Assembly: GCA_003327435.1 (NCBI GenBank)
Contig: QOQV01000001.1
Location: forward strand, 399,917 to 463,916
Reading direction: 5' to 3'
DNA from: Ignavibacteriota bacterium
GTDB taxonomy: Bacteria > Bacteroidota > Ignavibacteria > UBA10030 > BY39
Length of the DNA stretch: 64,000 bases
Shown: one piece after another, positions 1-9,817 of the stretch
Layout: each line of letters begins with the position of its first letter
Numbering within the stretch: position 1 is the stretch's first letter
Position numbers and translations under genes: made by a program
The notes under the pieces: generated by a model
Database searches by the model: none
What the model was told of the DNA's origin: nothing
Seen by the model: the letters and a program-made list of their open reading frames with translations, nothing else

Positions 1-29
1 TTCATAACACTCCTGTTCAAAAAATATTT

Positions 30-59
30 AAGAGCCGATAACTTACGAAATCGGCTCTT
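30..59 (-). terminator. Hairpin after lat (probable terminator or processing stem)
   Basis: 10-bp inverted repeat AAGAGCCGAT/ATCGGCTCTT just past the lat stop. Another minus-strand gene appears to start at base 5 (ATG with AGGAG RBS) and leaves the window. Confidence 0.6.
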
Positions 60-65
60 TAAATT

Positions 66-1385
66 TTATAATTCTTTTAAGCACTGTTTAATAATCGATA
101 TTCCGTGATCGATTTCTGATTTTGTAATGTTTAACGGAGGTCTGAATCTCATTGATTTTTCTCCACTACCCAGTATAATTAAACCTTTTGAGTAGCAGAG
201 ATTTTTCAACTTATCTCGTTCAGGGGTTGTGTTTAAATCAAAAGCACAGAATAATCCTCTTCCTCTTACATTTGAAACTTTATTTGGAAAATCATTCTGC
301 AATTCTGTGAGTTTAGATTGTAGATAGTTGCCCATTTTTGCTGCATTATCAACCAAATTTTCTTCTTCGATAATTTCGAGATATCTCTGAGATCTAACCA
401 TATCAGTAAGGTTACCACCCCAGGTTGAGTTCAATCGGCTTGAAACTTTGAACACATTATCTGGAATTTCATCTATTCTTTTACTGCAAAGGAATCCACA
501 AACCTGGACTTTTTTACCAAAGCCAATCATATCAGGTTGGACAAAGTGTTGATGAGCCCACATTTTGCCAGTAATTCCGATACCGGTTTGAACTTCATCA
601 CAAATCAGCATTATATCGTTTTCGTCTGCAATTTCTCGAAGGGCTAAGAAAAATTCCTTCCTGAAATGATTGTCGCCACCCTCTCCTTGAATTGGTTCAA
701 TAACAATGGCAGCAATATCGTCAGGATTTTCTTTTATTGCAATTTTAATCTGATTGAGCGCAAGCTGTTCAAGTTTTTCTACGTCTGCAAGATTTTCAGG
801 ATTGAGCGGAAATTTGATTTTGGGATTTATTATGCGAGGCCATTTAAACTTTGGATATAAGGCAACTTTTACAGGTTCTGTGTTCGTCATCGACATTGTG
901 TAGCCAGTTCGTCCATGGAATGCCTGCTGGAAATGAATGACTTTAGTACCTCTCTCTTCAGTATATCCTTTCTGAAAATTTTTTCTGATTTTCCAATCAA
1001 ATGCAGCTTTCAGTGCATTCTCGATTCCAAGTGCACCACCTTCGATGAAAAATGCGTGAGGTAAATAATCTGGAATTGCGATCCGGGAGAAAGTTTCAAC
1101 AAATTCAGCCATCTCAAGTGGATAAATATCAGAGAGTGAAGGTTTATTAATTGCAACATATGTTAACTTTTCAAGAAAAGCTGGATCTTTCATCTTTGGA
1201 TGATTTAAACCAACAGGAATTGATGCAACAAATGTAAAGAAATCCAGATATTCTTTCCCTGTAATTGCATCAACGATAAAAGAGCCATGACTTTTTTTAA
1301 GGTCAAGTACCAAATCAAAACCATCTACAAGTAGATGTTTTTTTAAAATTGAATGTACTTCCTGAGGTAAAATATTTTTTGTCAT
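66..1385 (-). CDS. lat: L-lysine 6-transaminase (class III PLP aminotransferase)
   Basis: FHGRTGY, EPIQGEGG, DEVQTG, GFGKK (PLP lysine) and SSRLNSTWGGN, plus the Lat-type N-terminus HLLVDGFDLVLD. Confidence 0.88.
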   Translation of the reverse strand: MTKNILPQEVHSILKKHLLVDGFDLVLDLKKSHGSFIVDAITGKEYLDFFTFVASIPVGLNHPKMKDPAFLEKLTYVAINKPSLSDIYPLEMAEFVETFSRIAIPDYLPHAFFIEGGALGIENALKAAFDWKIRKNFQKGYTEERGTKVIHFQQAFHGRTGYTMSMTNTEPVKVALYPKFKWPRIINPKIKFPLNPENLADVEKLEQLALNQIKIAIKENPDDIAAIVIEPIQGEGGDNHFRKEFFLALREIADENDIMLICDEVQTGIGITGKMWAHQHFVQPDMIGFGKKVQVCGFLCSKRIDEIPDNVFKVSSRLNSTWGGNLTDMVRSQRYLEIIEEENLVDNAAKMGNYLQSKLTELQNDFPNKVSNVRGRGLFCAFDLNTTPERDKLKNLCYSKGLIILGSGEKSMRFRPPLNITKSEIDHGISIIKQCLKEL

Positions 1386-1475
1386 ACTTCAGATTCCTTT
1401 TTGTTGATTAATATTTTAAAAACAGATTAGTAGAACCGATTAGTAATGCAATACTAACGGACAGGGAGGGGTTAC

Positions 1476-1532
1476 TTAAAATCGCTCCTGATGCTCAAAA
1501 AATGAGATATGGAAAATAATTCTATAAGTCAT
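1476..1532 (-). other. Candidate leader peptide (uORF) MTYRIIFHISFFEHQERF upstream of lat
   Basis: ATG...TAA 18-codon ORF directly behind a promoter-like TTG...cgTATTTA element, followed by a C-rich tract and hairpins. Confidence 0.4.
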
Positions 1533-1590
1533 ACTGACAATAAATACGAAATTTTTAGGAGAAAAACAAAAATCAATTAAGCAATAATAA

Positions 1591-1643
1591 AGCCGATTTT
1601 CATTCCTTGAATATAAGTATTAATTTAGGGAAGAAAACCGGCT
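1591..1643 (-). terminator. Imperfect long hairpin after the aldehyde dehydrogenase gene
   Basis: AGCCGATTTTC...GAAAACCGGCT inverted repeat, A-rich on its left on the + strand (U-rich on the minus-strand RNA). Confidence 0.5.
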
Positions 1644-1669
1644 ATGTAAATATTACAAAAAAATACCAA

Positions 1670-3154
1670 TTATGTATCTATTTGTGCTTTTTGTAATCGA
1701 CCACTATAATCAACATATACAGTTTTCCATTCAGTATAGAAGTCGTAAACGGTCCAGCCACCTTCACGGTGTCCATTACCTGTTTTTTTCACTCCACCAA
1801 ATGGCATATGTGCTTCTGCTCCAATCGTAGGTGCGTTTACATATGTAATACCAGCTTTAATATCCCGAATTGCTACAAATGCATCATTGACATTTTTTGT
1901 ATAAATTGATGAAGAGAGTCCATAAATTGTACCATTAACAATTTCAATTGCTTCTTCAAGATTTTTTATTCTGATAACAGAAAGTACTGGTCCGAATATT
2001 TCCTCTTGAGCGATTCTCATATTTGGAGTTACATTCTCAAAAATAGTTGGTTCATAGAACCAGCCCTTATTCAAATCACCATCAGTTGCAAATTTTCCCC
2101 CACACACAAGTCGTGCACCTTCATTTAATCCAATCTCCACATAGCTATGTACAGATTTTCTTTGACCTTCGTTAACACATGGACCAACCTGAGTGTCTGG
2201 ATTAAGTCCATTCCCCAATTTTAAGCTTTTAGTTTTCTTTACAAGCATATCCATAAACTTATCATAAACTTTATCATGTAAGAGTAATCGACTTGTTGCA
2301 GTGCATCTTTGTCCAGTTGTTCCAAATGCTCCCCATATAACACCTTCGAGTGCAAGCTCCAGGTCTGCATCATCCATAATGATTACTGCATTCTTTCCGC
2401 CCAATTCGAGCGAAACGCGTTTTAGTGTTTTAGCTGCAGCTTCAGAAATTTTAATTCCAACATCAGTTCCACCAGTGAAACTTATTAATTCAACATCAGG
2501 ATGATTTACTATTCCCATTCCAACCTCACCTCCACCACCGTGTACAATATTTACAACACCATCTGGTACACCGGCTTCGGCAAGAATCTCCACAAGCAGT
2601 GTCGCAGTAGCAGGCGTATCAGAAGCTGGTTTAAATACAACCGTGTTGCCACAGACAATTGCAGGAAAAATTTTCCATGTTGGTATTGCCATTGGGAAAT
2701 TCCATGGAGTTATCACTCCTGCAACTCCAATCGGGATACGAATCGACATATTAAATTTGTTTGGTAACTCGGAAGGAACGGTATGTCCAAACAATCTGCG
2801 TGTTTCAGAAGATGCATAATACGCTGTATCAATACCTTCTTGAACATCGCCACGGGTTTCCATCAATACTTTTCCCATTTCTCGCGTCATTAGTGTAGCG
2901 ATTTCTTCTTTGCGTGCGACTAATATATCCCCAACTTTTTTCATTATCTCGCCTCTTTTGGGTGCTGGTACAAGTCGCCACTTTTCAAATGCTTTCTTCG
3001 CAGCATCCACGGCTTCATTAACATCTTCAACACCAGATTTTGGAAATGTGCCAATCAATTCATCCCAGTTTGCTGGGTTACGATTCTCAAAAGTTTTCCC
3101 GGATTTTGCATCTACCCATTTCCCGTTGATAAAATTTTGATATTTTTTTGACAT
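1670..3154 (-). CDS. NAD-dependent aldehyde dehydrogenase (possibly alpha-aminoadipate semialdehyde/P6C dehydrogenase, given adjacency to lat)
   Basis: ITPWNFP, FTGG, LELGGKN (catalytic Glu), GQRCTA (catalytic Cys), EEIFGP. Confidence 0.92.
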   Translation of the reverse strand: MSKKYQNFINGKWVDAKSGKTFENRNPANWDELIGTFPKSGVEDVNEAVDAAKKAFEKWRLVPAPKRGEIMKKVGDILVARKEEIATLMTREMGKVLMETRGDVQEGIDTAYYASSETRRLFGHTVPSELPNKFNMSIRIPIGVAGVITPWNFPMAIPTWKIFPAIVCGNTVVFKPASDTPATATLLVEILAEAGVPDGVVNIVHGGGGEVGMGIVNHPDVELISFTGGTDVGIKISEAAAKTLKRVSLELGGKNAVIIMDDADLELALEGVIWGAFGTTGQRCTATSRLLLHDKVYDKFMDMLVKKTKSLKLGNGLNPDTQVGPCVNEGQRKSVHSYVEIGLNEGARLVCGGKFATDGDLNKGWFYEPTIFENVTPNMRIAQEEIFGPVLSVIRIKNLEEAIEIVNGTIYGLSSSIYTKNVNDAFVAIRDIKAGITYVNAPTIGAEAHMPFGGVKKTGNGHREGGWTVYDFYTEWKTVYVDYSGRLQKAQIDT

Positions 3155-3169
3155 ATTACTTTCTCCTTT

Positions 3170-4477
3170 TTAAATTCCAAGTTTATTAAATATGTAATCT
3201 ATTTTTTTAACACATCTTTTATAATCAAAAATATTTTCTATTTCGTTCTCATTCAAATATTTTCTGACTTCTAAATCATCAAGCAATTTTTTCTTAAACA
3301 AATCTTGAGAGCTGTCACCTTTTCCCTTCCAGATTTCCATGGCATATTTTTGAACTAAAGCATAGGCATCTTCACGTTTCATACCCTTCAGGGTTAAAGC
3401 AAGCATTACTTCTTGCGAAAAAATTAAACCGCCAGTTAATTTAAGATTTTTTTCCATATTTTGAGGATATACAACCAACTTTTCAACAATATCTTTAAAT
3501 GTACTGATCATATAATCAATTAATATGCAGCTATCGGGGATTATGATCCGTTCTACAGATGAATGCGAAATATCACGCTCATGCCAGAGTGCTACATTCT
3601 CCAATGCTGCCTGAGCATTTGCGCGAATGATTCTTGCCAGACCGGATAATCTCTCGCATGTTATTGGATTTCTTTTATGTGGCATTGCAGATGAACCCTT
3701 CTGACCAGGTGAAAAATATTCTTCAACTTCGAGAACTTCCGTCTTCTGTAAATGTCTAATTTCAGTGGAAAATTTTTCTATGGATCCAGCAATTACTGCA
3801 AGGGTTGATAGAAATTCTGCATGAATGTCTCTCTGAATAATTTGAGTTGATACATTTGCGGGTTTCAATCCAAGTTTTTCACAAACATAATTTTCAACAA
3901 ATGGATCAATATGTTCATAAGTACCAACAGCGCCTGAAATTTTTCCAATTGAGATGTTTTCCAATGCCTGCTTCATTCTTTTAATATTACGAACTGTCTC
4001 GTCATACCAGAGGGCTAATTTAAATCCAAAAGTGATTGGTTCGGCATGTACACCATGTGTTCTACCAATCATCAATGTATACTTAAATTCATTGGCTCTT
4101 TTTGCAAGAATCTGACTGAGTACCTCTAAATCTTGAATTATTAACTCAGCTGATTGTTTCATCTGAAGGGATAATCCGGTGTCAAGAATATCAGAAGAAG
4201 TCATTCCAATATGAATAAAACGGGATGCTTCACCAACATACTCACCAACATTTGTAAGGAAAGCAATAACATCATGTTTAACGATTTGCTCGATTTCTTC
4301 AATTCTTTTAATATCAAAATTTGCCCGACTTTTAATTTGATTTAAAGCTTTTTCAGGAATCAATCCTAATTTGTTCTGGGCTTCACAGGCAAGTATTTCA
4401 ATTTCGAGGAAGAGTCGGAATTTGTTCTCATCCGACCAGATACTGCCCATTTCCTTTCTTGTATATCTGGGAATCAT
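3170..4477 (-). CDS. purB: Adenylosuccinate lyase
   Basis: MIPRY N-terminus, KHDVIAF, GRTHGVHAEP, GSSAMPHKRNP signature. Confidence 0.97.
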   Translation of the reverse strand: MIPRYTRKEMGSIWSDENKFRLFLEIEILACEAQNKLGLIPEKALNQIKSRANFDIKRIEEIEQIVKHDVIAFLTNVGEYVGEASRFIHIGMTSSDILDTGLSLQMKQSAELIIQDLEVLSQILAKRANEFKYTLMIGRTHGVHAEPITFGFKLALWYDETVRNIKRMKQALENISIGKISGAVGTYEHIDPFVENYVCEKLGLKPANVSTQIIQRDIHAEFLSTLAVIAGSIEKFSTEIRHLQKTEVLEVEEYFSPGQKGSSAMPHKRNPITCERLSGLARIIRANAQAALENVALWHERDISHSSVERIIIPDSCILIDYMISTFKDIVEKLVVYPQNMEKNLKLTGGLIFSQEVMLALTLKGMKREDAYALVQKYAMEIWKGKGDSSQDLFKKKLLDDLEVRKYLNENEIENIFDYKRCVKKIDYIFNKLGI

Positions 4478-5673
4478 CGAGAAACTTGTTCAAGTTTTAA
4501 TTTTAAATTGATAAATTTTTTCTCTCTCAGCACTTTCAGATTTAAAATATCACCCGCTTTTGCATCAGTTATAATTGATATAACATTATCCTCATTGATG
4601 ATTTTTTCACCGTTAATCTCAACAATTATGTCACCAACTTTTAATCCAGCTTTTTCTGCAGGGCTTCCGCGTTTAACATCACTTACAATCACACCTTCAG
4701 CTTTTTCGAGACCAAAATATCTTGCAATCCTTGCATCAACGGATTGGATCTCAAGTCCTGTGTAAAAATTTCGTTCAATTTTACCTTTTGTTTTTAATTC
4801 ATCCACTATTTTTTTAACTCGATTTATAGGTATAGCAAAACCCACACCTACATTACCCTGATTAGGAGTGAATATAACAGCATTTACACCGATGGCTTCT
4901 CCAAGTGTATTAATCAGCGGACCGCCACTATTTCCAGAATTAATTGCAGCATCGGTCTGAATCATACCACGATAAAATCTTCCACCCTCTGGTCTCAAGT
5001 TCAAACCTGTAGCGCTCACAACACCAACAGTCACTGTTGGTTTATCAGCTATTTCAAAAAGTCCAAATGGATTACCAAGTGCAATTACCCATTCGCCAAT
5101 TATTATATCATCTGAGTTACCTAACTTGATGTAAGGTAAATTCTTGCCGTTTATCTTTATCAATGCAATATCCGATACCATATCAGTGCCTATTAACTCA
5201 GCATCATATTTTTCGCCACTTGTGAGTGTAACAGTTATTGACTTTGCATTACCAGCAACATGATCATTTGTTAAAATATATCCATCTGGAGAAATAATAA
5301 ATCCCGAGCCGAGACCTTTTATTTCCTGACGGTAAGTTCTATCTCCAAAAAATTGTCTAAAGAAAGGATCATCCCCAAAAAAGCGGCTCCAGGGATCGCG
5401 ATATTCTCTTATTTCAATTACATTAATACCGACTACCGCTGGACTCGCAATTGCTACAGCTTGCGTAATTGCATTGTGTCGTTGATTATACAGCTGACTA
5501 TTCACGTCCTCTTTCTGCCCTGCCTGTTGCAGTACAGCTGGCTCTGATTCCTGATAAATGTGTGAGGCTTCAATATTATCATTTTCTTCAAATTTACCTA
5601 TCGAATTCCCGATCAACACTCCAAAGCCAAAAACAACCAATAATGTAATTAGAAATAAAATTTTATTTTTCAT
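4474..5673 (-). CDS. HtrA/DegP-family serine protease with N-terminal anchor and one PDZ domain
   Basis: GLGSGFI, TNDHV, DIA, QTDAAINSGNSGG catalytic triad motifs; C-terminal PDZ (SPAEKAGLKVGD). Confidence 0.93.
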   Translation of the reverse strand: MKNKILFLITLLVVFGFGVLIGNSIGKFEENDNIEASHIYQESEPAVLQQAGQKEDVNSQLYNQRHNAITQAVAIASPAVVGINVIEIREYRDPWSRFFGDDPFFRQFFGDRTYRQEIKGLGSGFIISPDGYILTNDHVAGNAKSITVTLTSGEKYDAELIGTDMVSDIALIKINGKNLPYIKLGNSDDIIIGEWVIALGNPFGLFEIADKPTVTVGVVSATGLNLRPEGGRFYRGMIQTDAAINSGNSGGPLINTLGEAIGVNAVIFTPNQGNVGVGFAIPINRVKKIVDELKTKGKIERNFYTGLEIQSVDARIARYFGLEKAEGVIVSDVKRGSPAEKAGLKVGDIIVEINGEKIINEDNVISIITDAKAGDILNLKVLREKKFINLKLKLEQVSR

Positions 5674-6649
5674 ATTTCAACTCCATCTTTTCAACTAATT
5701 TTCTCTTTAAAACTTTTTTCACTGCATCAACTATACCATCCTTTGAAATACCGTATAACTTCATCAATTCCATTCCATTTCCTGATTCTCCAAATTTGTC
5801 TTTGATAGCAACAAATTCTTGAGGGACTGGATAATTCTGGGTCAAAACCTCAGCAACAGCACTTCCCAATCCACCATGAATTTGATGATCTTCCGCTGTT
5901 ACTATTGCACCTGTTTCTTTGGCAGCTTTAATGATAGCATTTTTATCAATTGGTTTTATCGTATGCATATTAATAACTCGAACACTGACACCTTGAGCAG
6001 AAAGTTCCTCTTCGGCAAGTATTGCTTCCCAGACCTGAAGACCGCAGGCAATGATTGTAACATCACTCCCATCGATTAACTGAATAGATTTTCCAATTTC
6101 GAATGGTGTATTTTCGTCATTGAATACTGGAGTATTATCTCTAAAGAATCTCACATATGCTGGTCCGTTGTAATTTATTACTGCTTTGATCATTTTTTTT
6201 GTTTCAATATAATCGGATGGTGAAAGCACAACCATATTTGGGAGTACGCGCATTAATGCGATATCCTCAAGTGCTTGATGAGTTGCACCATCTGGACCGA
6301 CTGTGATTCCACAGTGAGAAGCGCAAATTTTAACATTCAGTTTACTATATGCAACTGATTGTCGGATTTGATCATATGGTCTACCTGTCGCAAATTCACC
6401 ATAAGTTGATGCGACTGGAATTTTACCTGCAACTGCAAGACCGGCAGCGGTGCCAATCATATCCTGCTCTGCAATTCCGACAGAAAAAAATCTTTCAGGA
6501 AAAGCATTTTTAAAAAGGTCTGTTCTAACTGAACCAGTTACATCCGCACCAATTACAACCAGGTTTGGATTCTGATGTCCTATTTCTACCAGGGCTTCGC
6601 CAAAACCGAGGCGAGTTGCTTTCATTTCTTTTAATTTGTACTTAGCCAA
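5663..6649 (-). CDS. Transketolase, C-terminal (pyrimidine-binding) subunit
   Basis: GIAEQ, GPDGATHQ, EDHQIHGGLG. Start moved to TTG at 6649, which follows a GAGGA RBS. Confidence 0.92.
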   Translation of the reverse strand: MAKYKLKEMKATRLGFGEALVEIGHQNPNLVVIGADVTGSVRTDLFKNAFPERFFSVGIAEQDMIGTAAGLAVAGKIPVASTYGEFATGRPYDQIRQSVAYSKLNVKICASHCGITVGPDGATHQALEDIALMRVLPNMVVLSPSDYIETKKMIKAVINYNGPAYVRFFRDNTPVFNDENTPFEIGKSIQLIDGSDVTIIACGLQVWEAILAEEELSAQGVSVRVINMHTIKPIDKNAIIKAAKETGAIVTAEDHQIHGGLGSAVAEVLTQNYPVPQEFVAIKDKFGESGNGMELMKLYGISKDGIVDAVKKVLKRKLVEKMELKYEK

Positions 6650-6660
6650 TTTATATTCCT

Positions 6661-7533
6661 CTAATTGTTTTCCCAATCAAATTTTATAAAATCTCCAAAC
6701 GATGTTGGAGGAAGTTCACTTAATGCTTGTTTAGCCTGTTCTTCATTTGGTGGTACACCATGCCATTTATAATCGTTATGCATAAAGCTAACATTGTTAC
6801 CCATAAAAGTTTTAGCAATTATTACAGATGGTTTATCCACACATTGTTTGGATTTTTCAACAGCATTTAAAAACTCTTCTATTGAATGTCCATTACATTC
6901 AATGACATTCCAGCCAAAGGCTTTCCATTTATCGGTGAGCGGTTCAAGATGCATTACAACATGTGTGTAGTTATCAATCTGGCAATCATTTCGATCAACT
7001 ATGGCAGTCAAATTACTTACTTTATGATGTGCTGCAGTCATTGCAGCTTCCCAGATTTGACCTTCATCCAGTTCACCATCACCGAGCAGAACATAAACTC
7101 GACTTTTTTTTGCATCTAGACGTATGCCCAGAGCACAGCCGACTGCTATCGACAATCCCTGACCAAGCGAACCGGATGCAACTTCAATACCTGGCAAACC
7201 GTGTGTATGTGCTGGTGCGGGATGTCCTTGAAGTCGTGTGTGAATTTTTCTTAGAGTTTTAAGTTCATCAAGTGGGAAATAACCTGCACGTGCAAGGGCT
7301 GCATACCATACAGGTGCAAGATGTCCGGCCGATAAGAAGAAGTAATCCCTATCACTCCATTGCGGATTCTTGGGATCTATATTCAGGATTTTGAAATATA
7401 GTGCTGAAAAAATTTCAGCAAGTCCGATTGGCCCACCTGAATGACCAGATTTTGATATAGTTAGCATTTTAATTACATCCCGGCGGAGTTGCCGAGCCAT
7501 TTCATAAAGTTTTTCGATACTAAAGTTATTCAT
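6661..7533 (-). CDS. Transketolase, N-terminal (TPP-binding) subunit
   Basis: SGHSGG, LQGHP, GSLGQG, GDGELDEGQIWEA, WHG. Confidence 0.93.
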   Translation of the reverse strand: MNNFSIEKLYEMARQLRRDVIKMLTISKSGHSGGPIGLAEIFSALYFKILNIDPKNPQWSDRDYFFLSAGHLAPVWYAALARAGYFPLDELKTLRKIHTRLQGHPAPAHTHGLPGIEVASGSLGQGLSIAVGCALGIRLDAKKSRVYVLLGDGELDEGQIWEAAMTAAHHKVSNLTAIVDRNDCQIDNYTHVVMHLEPLTDKWKAFGWNVIECNGHSIEEFLNAVEKSKQCVDKPSVIIAKTFMGNNVSFMHNDYKWHGVPPNEEQAKQALSELPPTSFGDFIKFDWENN

Positions 7534-8158
7534 TGAGCTTTTTACCTTTTAATATTAACTGAATTTGATCTCTATGTGATAATAATAACAAAAAGCAAAC
7601 AGGTACAGAAAATAACAACAGCTGGTTTTTATCATTAAAAGAAAAAATATTTAAATTCAAAATACTATCTGGTACAAAAAACAAAAAAATTGGAGTTAAT
7701 ATAGTTGCAATAATATTTGAGATGTGTATATTTTTTCTAATTAAGTATACTGCTGAAAAAAACAATACCCAGACGATTATAAAAATCCATGCAGTCATCA
7801 ACATAATACCAGCAGTAACAGCCAATCCTCTACCACCTTTGAATTTTAACCATAACGGGAATAAATGTCCAATTATTAAAAAAATCCCGCTTAAAAAAAT
7901 CACAAAAAAATTAGAACCAAAAAAATATACACAAATTAGAATACAAACAATCGATTTTATTATATCTAAAAGAAGGACCGATAAACCAACGAATACAGAT
8001 TGGGATACTTCTAGAGCATTCATAGTACCAACGATGCCACTACCTTCTTTTCTAATATCTTTATTTTGTGTTGCTTTCAAAAGCAAATATGCAGATGGAA
8101 AAGAGCCAAAAACATATGATAAGAATACGATAACCAAATATTCAAAAAAACTCTGCAT
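7526..8158 (-). CDS. plsY: Glycerol-3-phosphate acyltransferase PlsY
   Basis: SYVFGSFP, DIRKEGSG.VG..N, GHLFP..LKFKGGRG, C-terminal HR motif; multiple TM segments. Confidence 0.85.
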   Translation of the reverse strand: MQSFFEYLVIVFLSYVFGSFPSAYLLLKATQNKDIRKEGSGIVGTMNALEVSQSVFVGLSVLLLDIIKSIVCILICVYFFGSNFFVIFLSGIFLIIGHLFPLWLKFKGGRGLAVTAGIMLMTAWIFIIVWVLFFSAVYLIRKNIHISNIIATILTPIFLFFVPDSILNLNIFSFNDKNQLLLFSVPVCFLLLLSHRDQIQLILKGKKLNE

Positions 8159-8325
8159 TATAGTAAATCTTAAATTTTATAAAAAATACGAAAAATTAGC
8201 TGGATAAGCAAAAAGTGGTTTAAGGGGGAAGGATAAATTTTAAACTAATATTTTGTCAATTAAAATCTTAATCGTTATATTATATTAGATAATTAAGACC
8301 TTAATAACAAGCTAAAGGAGTTGTT

Positions 8326-8742
8326 ATGAAAAAATTTTGGGTGTCTTTTATTGCTGTATTTATAGCGATGGTAATCATCAATGCTTTAATCCACAGTTTA
8401 ATTTTAGGACCCACATACCAATCCGCTGAAATGAAAAACATATGGCGCACAGATATGCAAGCTAAAATGTGGATATATTACATTGTGTATCTTATCACCT
8501 CATTCTTCTTTGTGTTGATTTTTTCAAAAGGTTATACAGGAAAGGGAATTATTGAGGGTGTTAGGTATGGAATATACATCGGCTTTTTAATGTCTGTTCC
8601 GATGGCTTATGCTACATACGCAATGATTCCAATTCCATATTCTATTGCTGTACAATGGTTTATCTATGGAATGATACAATATATAATTTTGGGTATTATC
8701 GTTGCAGCGATATATGGCAAACATGAACAGAAAACTAGTTAA
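8326..8742 (+). CDS. Small 4-TM membrane protein of unknown function (DUF1761-like)
   Basis: AAGGAG RBS, four hydrophobic segments, G.RYG...G motif. Confidence 0.7.
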   Translation: MKKFWVSFIAVFIAMVIINALIHSLILGPTYQSAEMKNIWRTDMQAKMWIYYIVYLITSFFFVLIFSKGYTGKGIIEGVRYGIYIGFLMSVPMAYATYAMIPIPYSIAVQWFIYGMIQYIILGIIVAAIYGKHEQKTS

Positions 8743-8759
8743 AAACCAAATTTAGATTT

Positions 8760-9809
8760 TCACCCTTTTTTCCATTCATAAACTTCATAACCATCGACTA
8801 CTTCGTTAATGGGTTGAAAACCATCACGGGTGGCAAGTGGCTCAATGGAAGGTTTCGCTATCCAGATTGCATTAGGACGAGCATGCTTCTGAAAATGTCC
8901 TGCAATATCAATTACTCGATCAGCTATCTCTTCAAGTGGAAGTTCATCATCATAATAAACAAAACCGGAATTAACACCAGCCCTAACTGAAAAATCCTTT
9001 TTTATTGTCTTTATATTTCTATTAAATGCTTCAAGTCCGATTATAACTTCCCTTCCTGCATTAACTGCTTGATCAACTTTCTCGAAGCAAGCCATAACTC
9101 CGTCAGGAGTCCATGCTGTTTTCATCACATTATTATTTATCAAAACACCTTCAACAAATCTTTTAAATTCTTTAAAGTCATGTTCAACAAATGCTTTTTC
9201 TTCTCCTTCTTTCATCTTGGTTGAATCAACCACATCAATTGATAAGAATGCCAGATCTCTACCCATCGCATCCAATTTTCTTTTCGTCTCTATAAATTGT
9301 CTTAATATTTCTTCGCGATCTTTTGGTTTTGCATTTTCTAAATTGCTTAAGGCATCATCCAATTTATGAGTTAATTTTGAACCTTTCTTAATTGGTTGCT
9401 GGCTCTTCCACAGCTCATACTTTCTTCTAAAATGCATTAAATAACTTTTATCTTTTATTCTATCAGAATTCCTCTCAAATGTACCTTTAAGGATCAGAAG
9501 TCCAATGATAATTATCCATGCTGAGGCATCAAATTTCCCAATTTTTGTAGGTATCTGAGTATTTAACAAGTGAACTGTTCGTCTCATGATTTGATCCAAA
9601 AATTTTAGTGCTGGATAATTTTCATAACCTTCAAAATATGGAATTATCGCAGCCACTATGTAAATTACAATTGCAAAACCAATAAAATATGAAATGAATC
9701 TGAATATATGTGATAAAGCCAGGAGAGAATTTTCAAGAAAAGTTTTTCGGACTTTAACACCCGTTAATGTATATTCAAGCGAACTGGTATCTAATTTCGT
9801 TTTACCCAT
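8760..9809 (-). CDS. Membrane protein with a YggT-like N-terminal segment and a class III nucleotidyl cyclase-like domain
   Basis: LAFLSIDVVDST, PDGVMACF, VRAGVNSG and DRVIDIAGHFQK follow the class III cyclase motif order; two-TM N-terminus ends in IP.KIGKFDAS. Confidence 0.75.
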   Translation of the reverse strand: MGKTKLDTSSLEYTLTGVKVRKTFLENSLLALSHIFRFISYFIGFAIVIYIVAAIIPYFEGYENYPALKFLDQIMRRTVHLLNTQIPTKIGKFDASAWIIIIGLLILKGTFERNSDRIKDKSYLMHFRRKYELWKSQQPIKKGSKLTHKLDDALSNLENAKPKDREEILRQFIETKRKLDAMGRDLAFLSIDVVDSTKMKEGEEKAFVEHDFKEFKRFVEGVLINNNVMKTAWTPDGVMACFEKVDQAVNAGREVIIGLEAFNRNIKTIKKDFSVRAGVNSGFVYYDDELPLEEIADRVIDIAGHFQKHARPNAIWIAKPSIEPLATRDGFQPINEVVDGYEVYEWKKG

Positions 9810-9817
9810 GAAATTTT

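Noticed and set aside
1386..1669. Lysine riboswitch or Lys-codon attenuator upstream of lat
   Set aside because: No recognisable lysine riboswitch multi-stem core, and the uORF has no Lys codons
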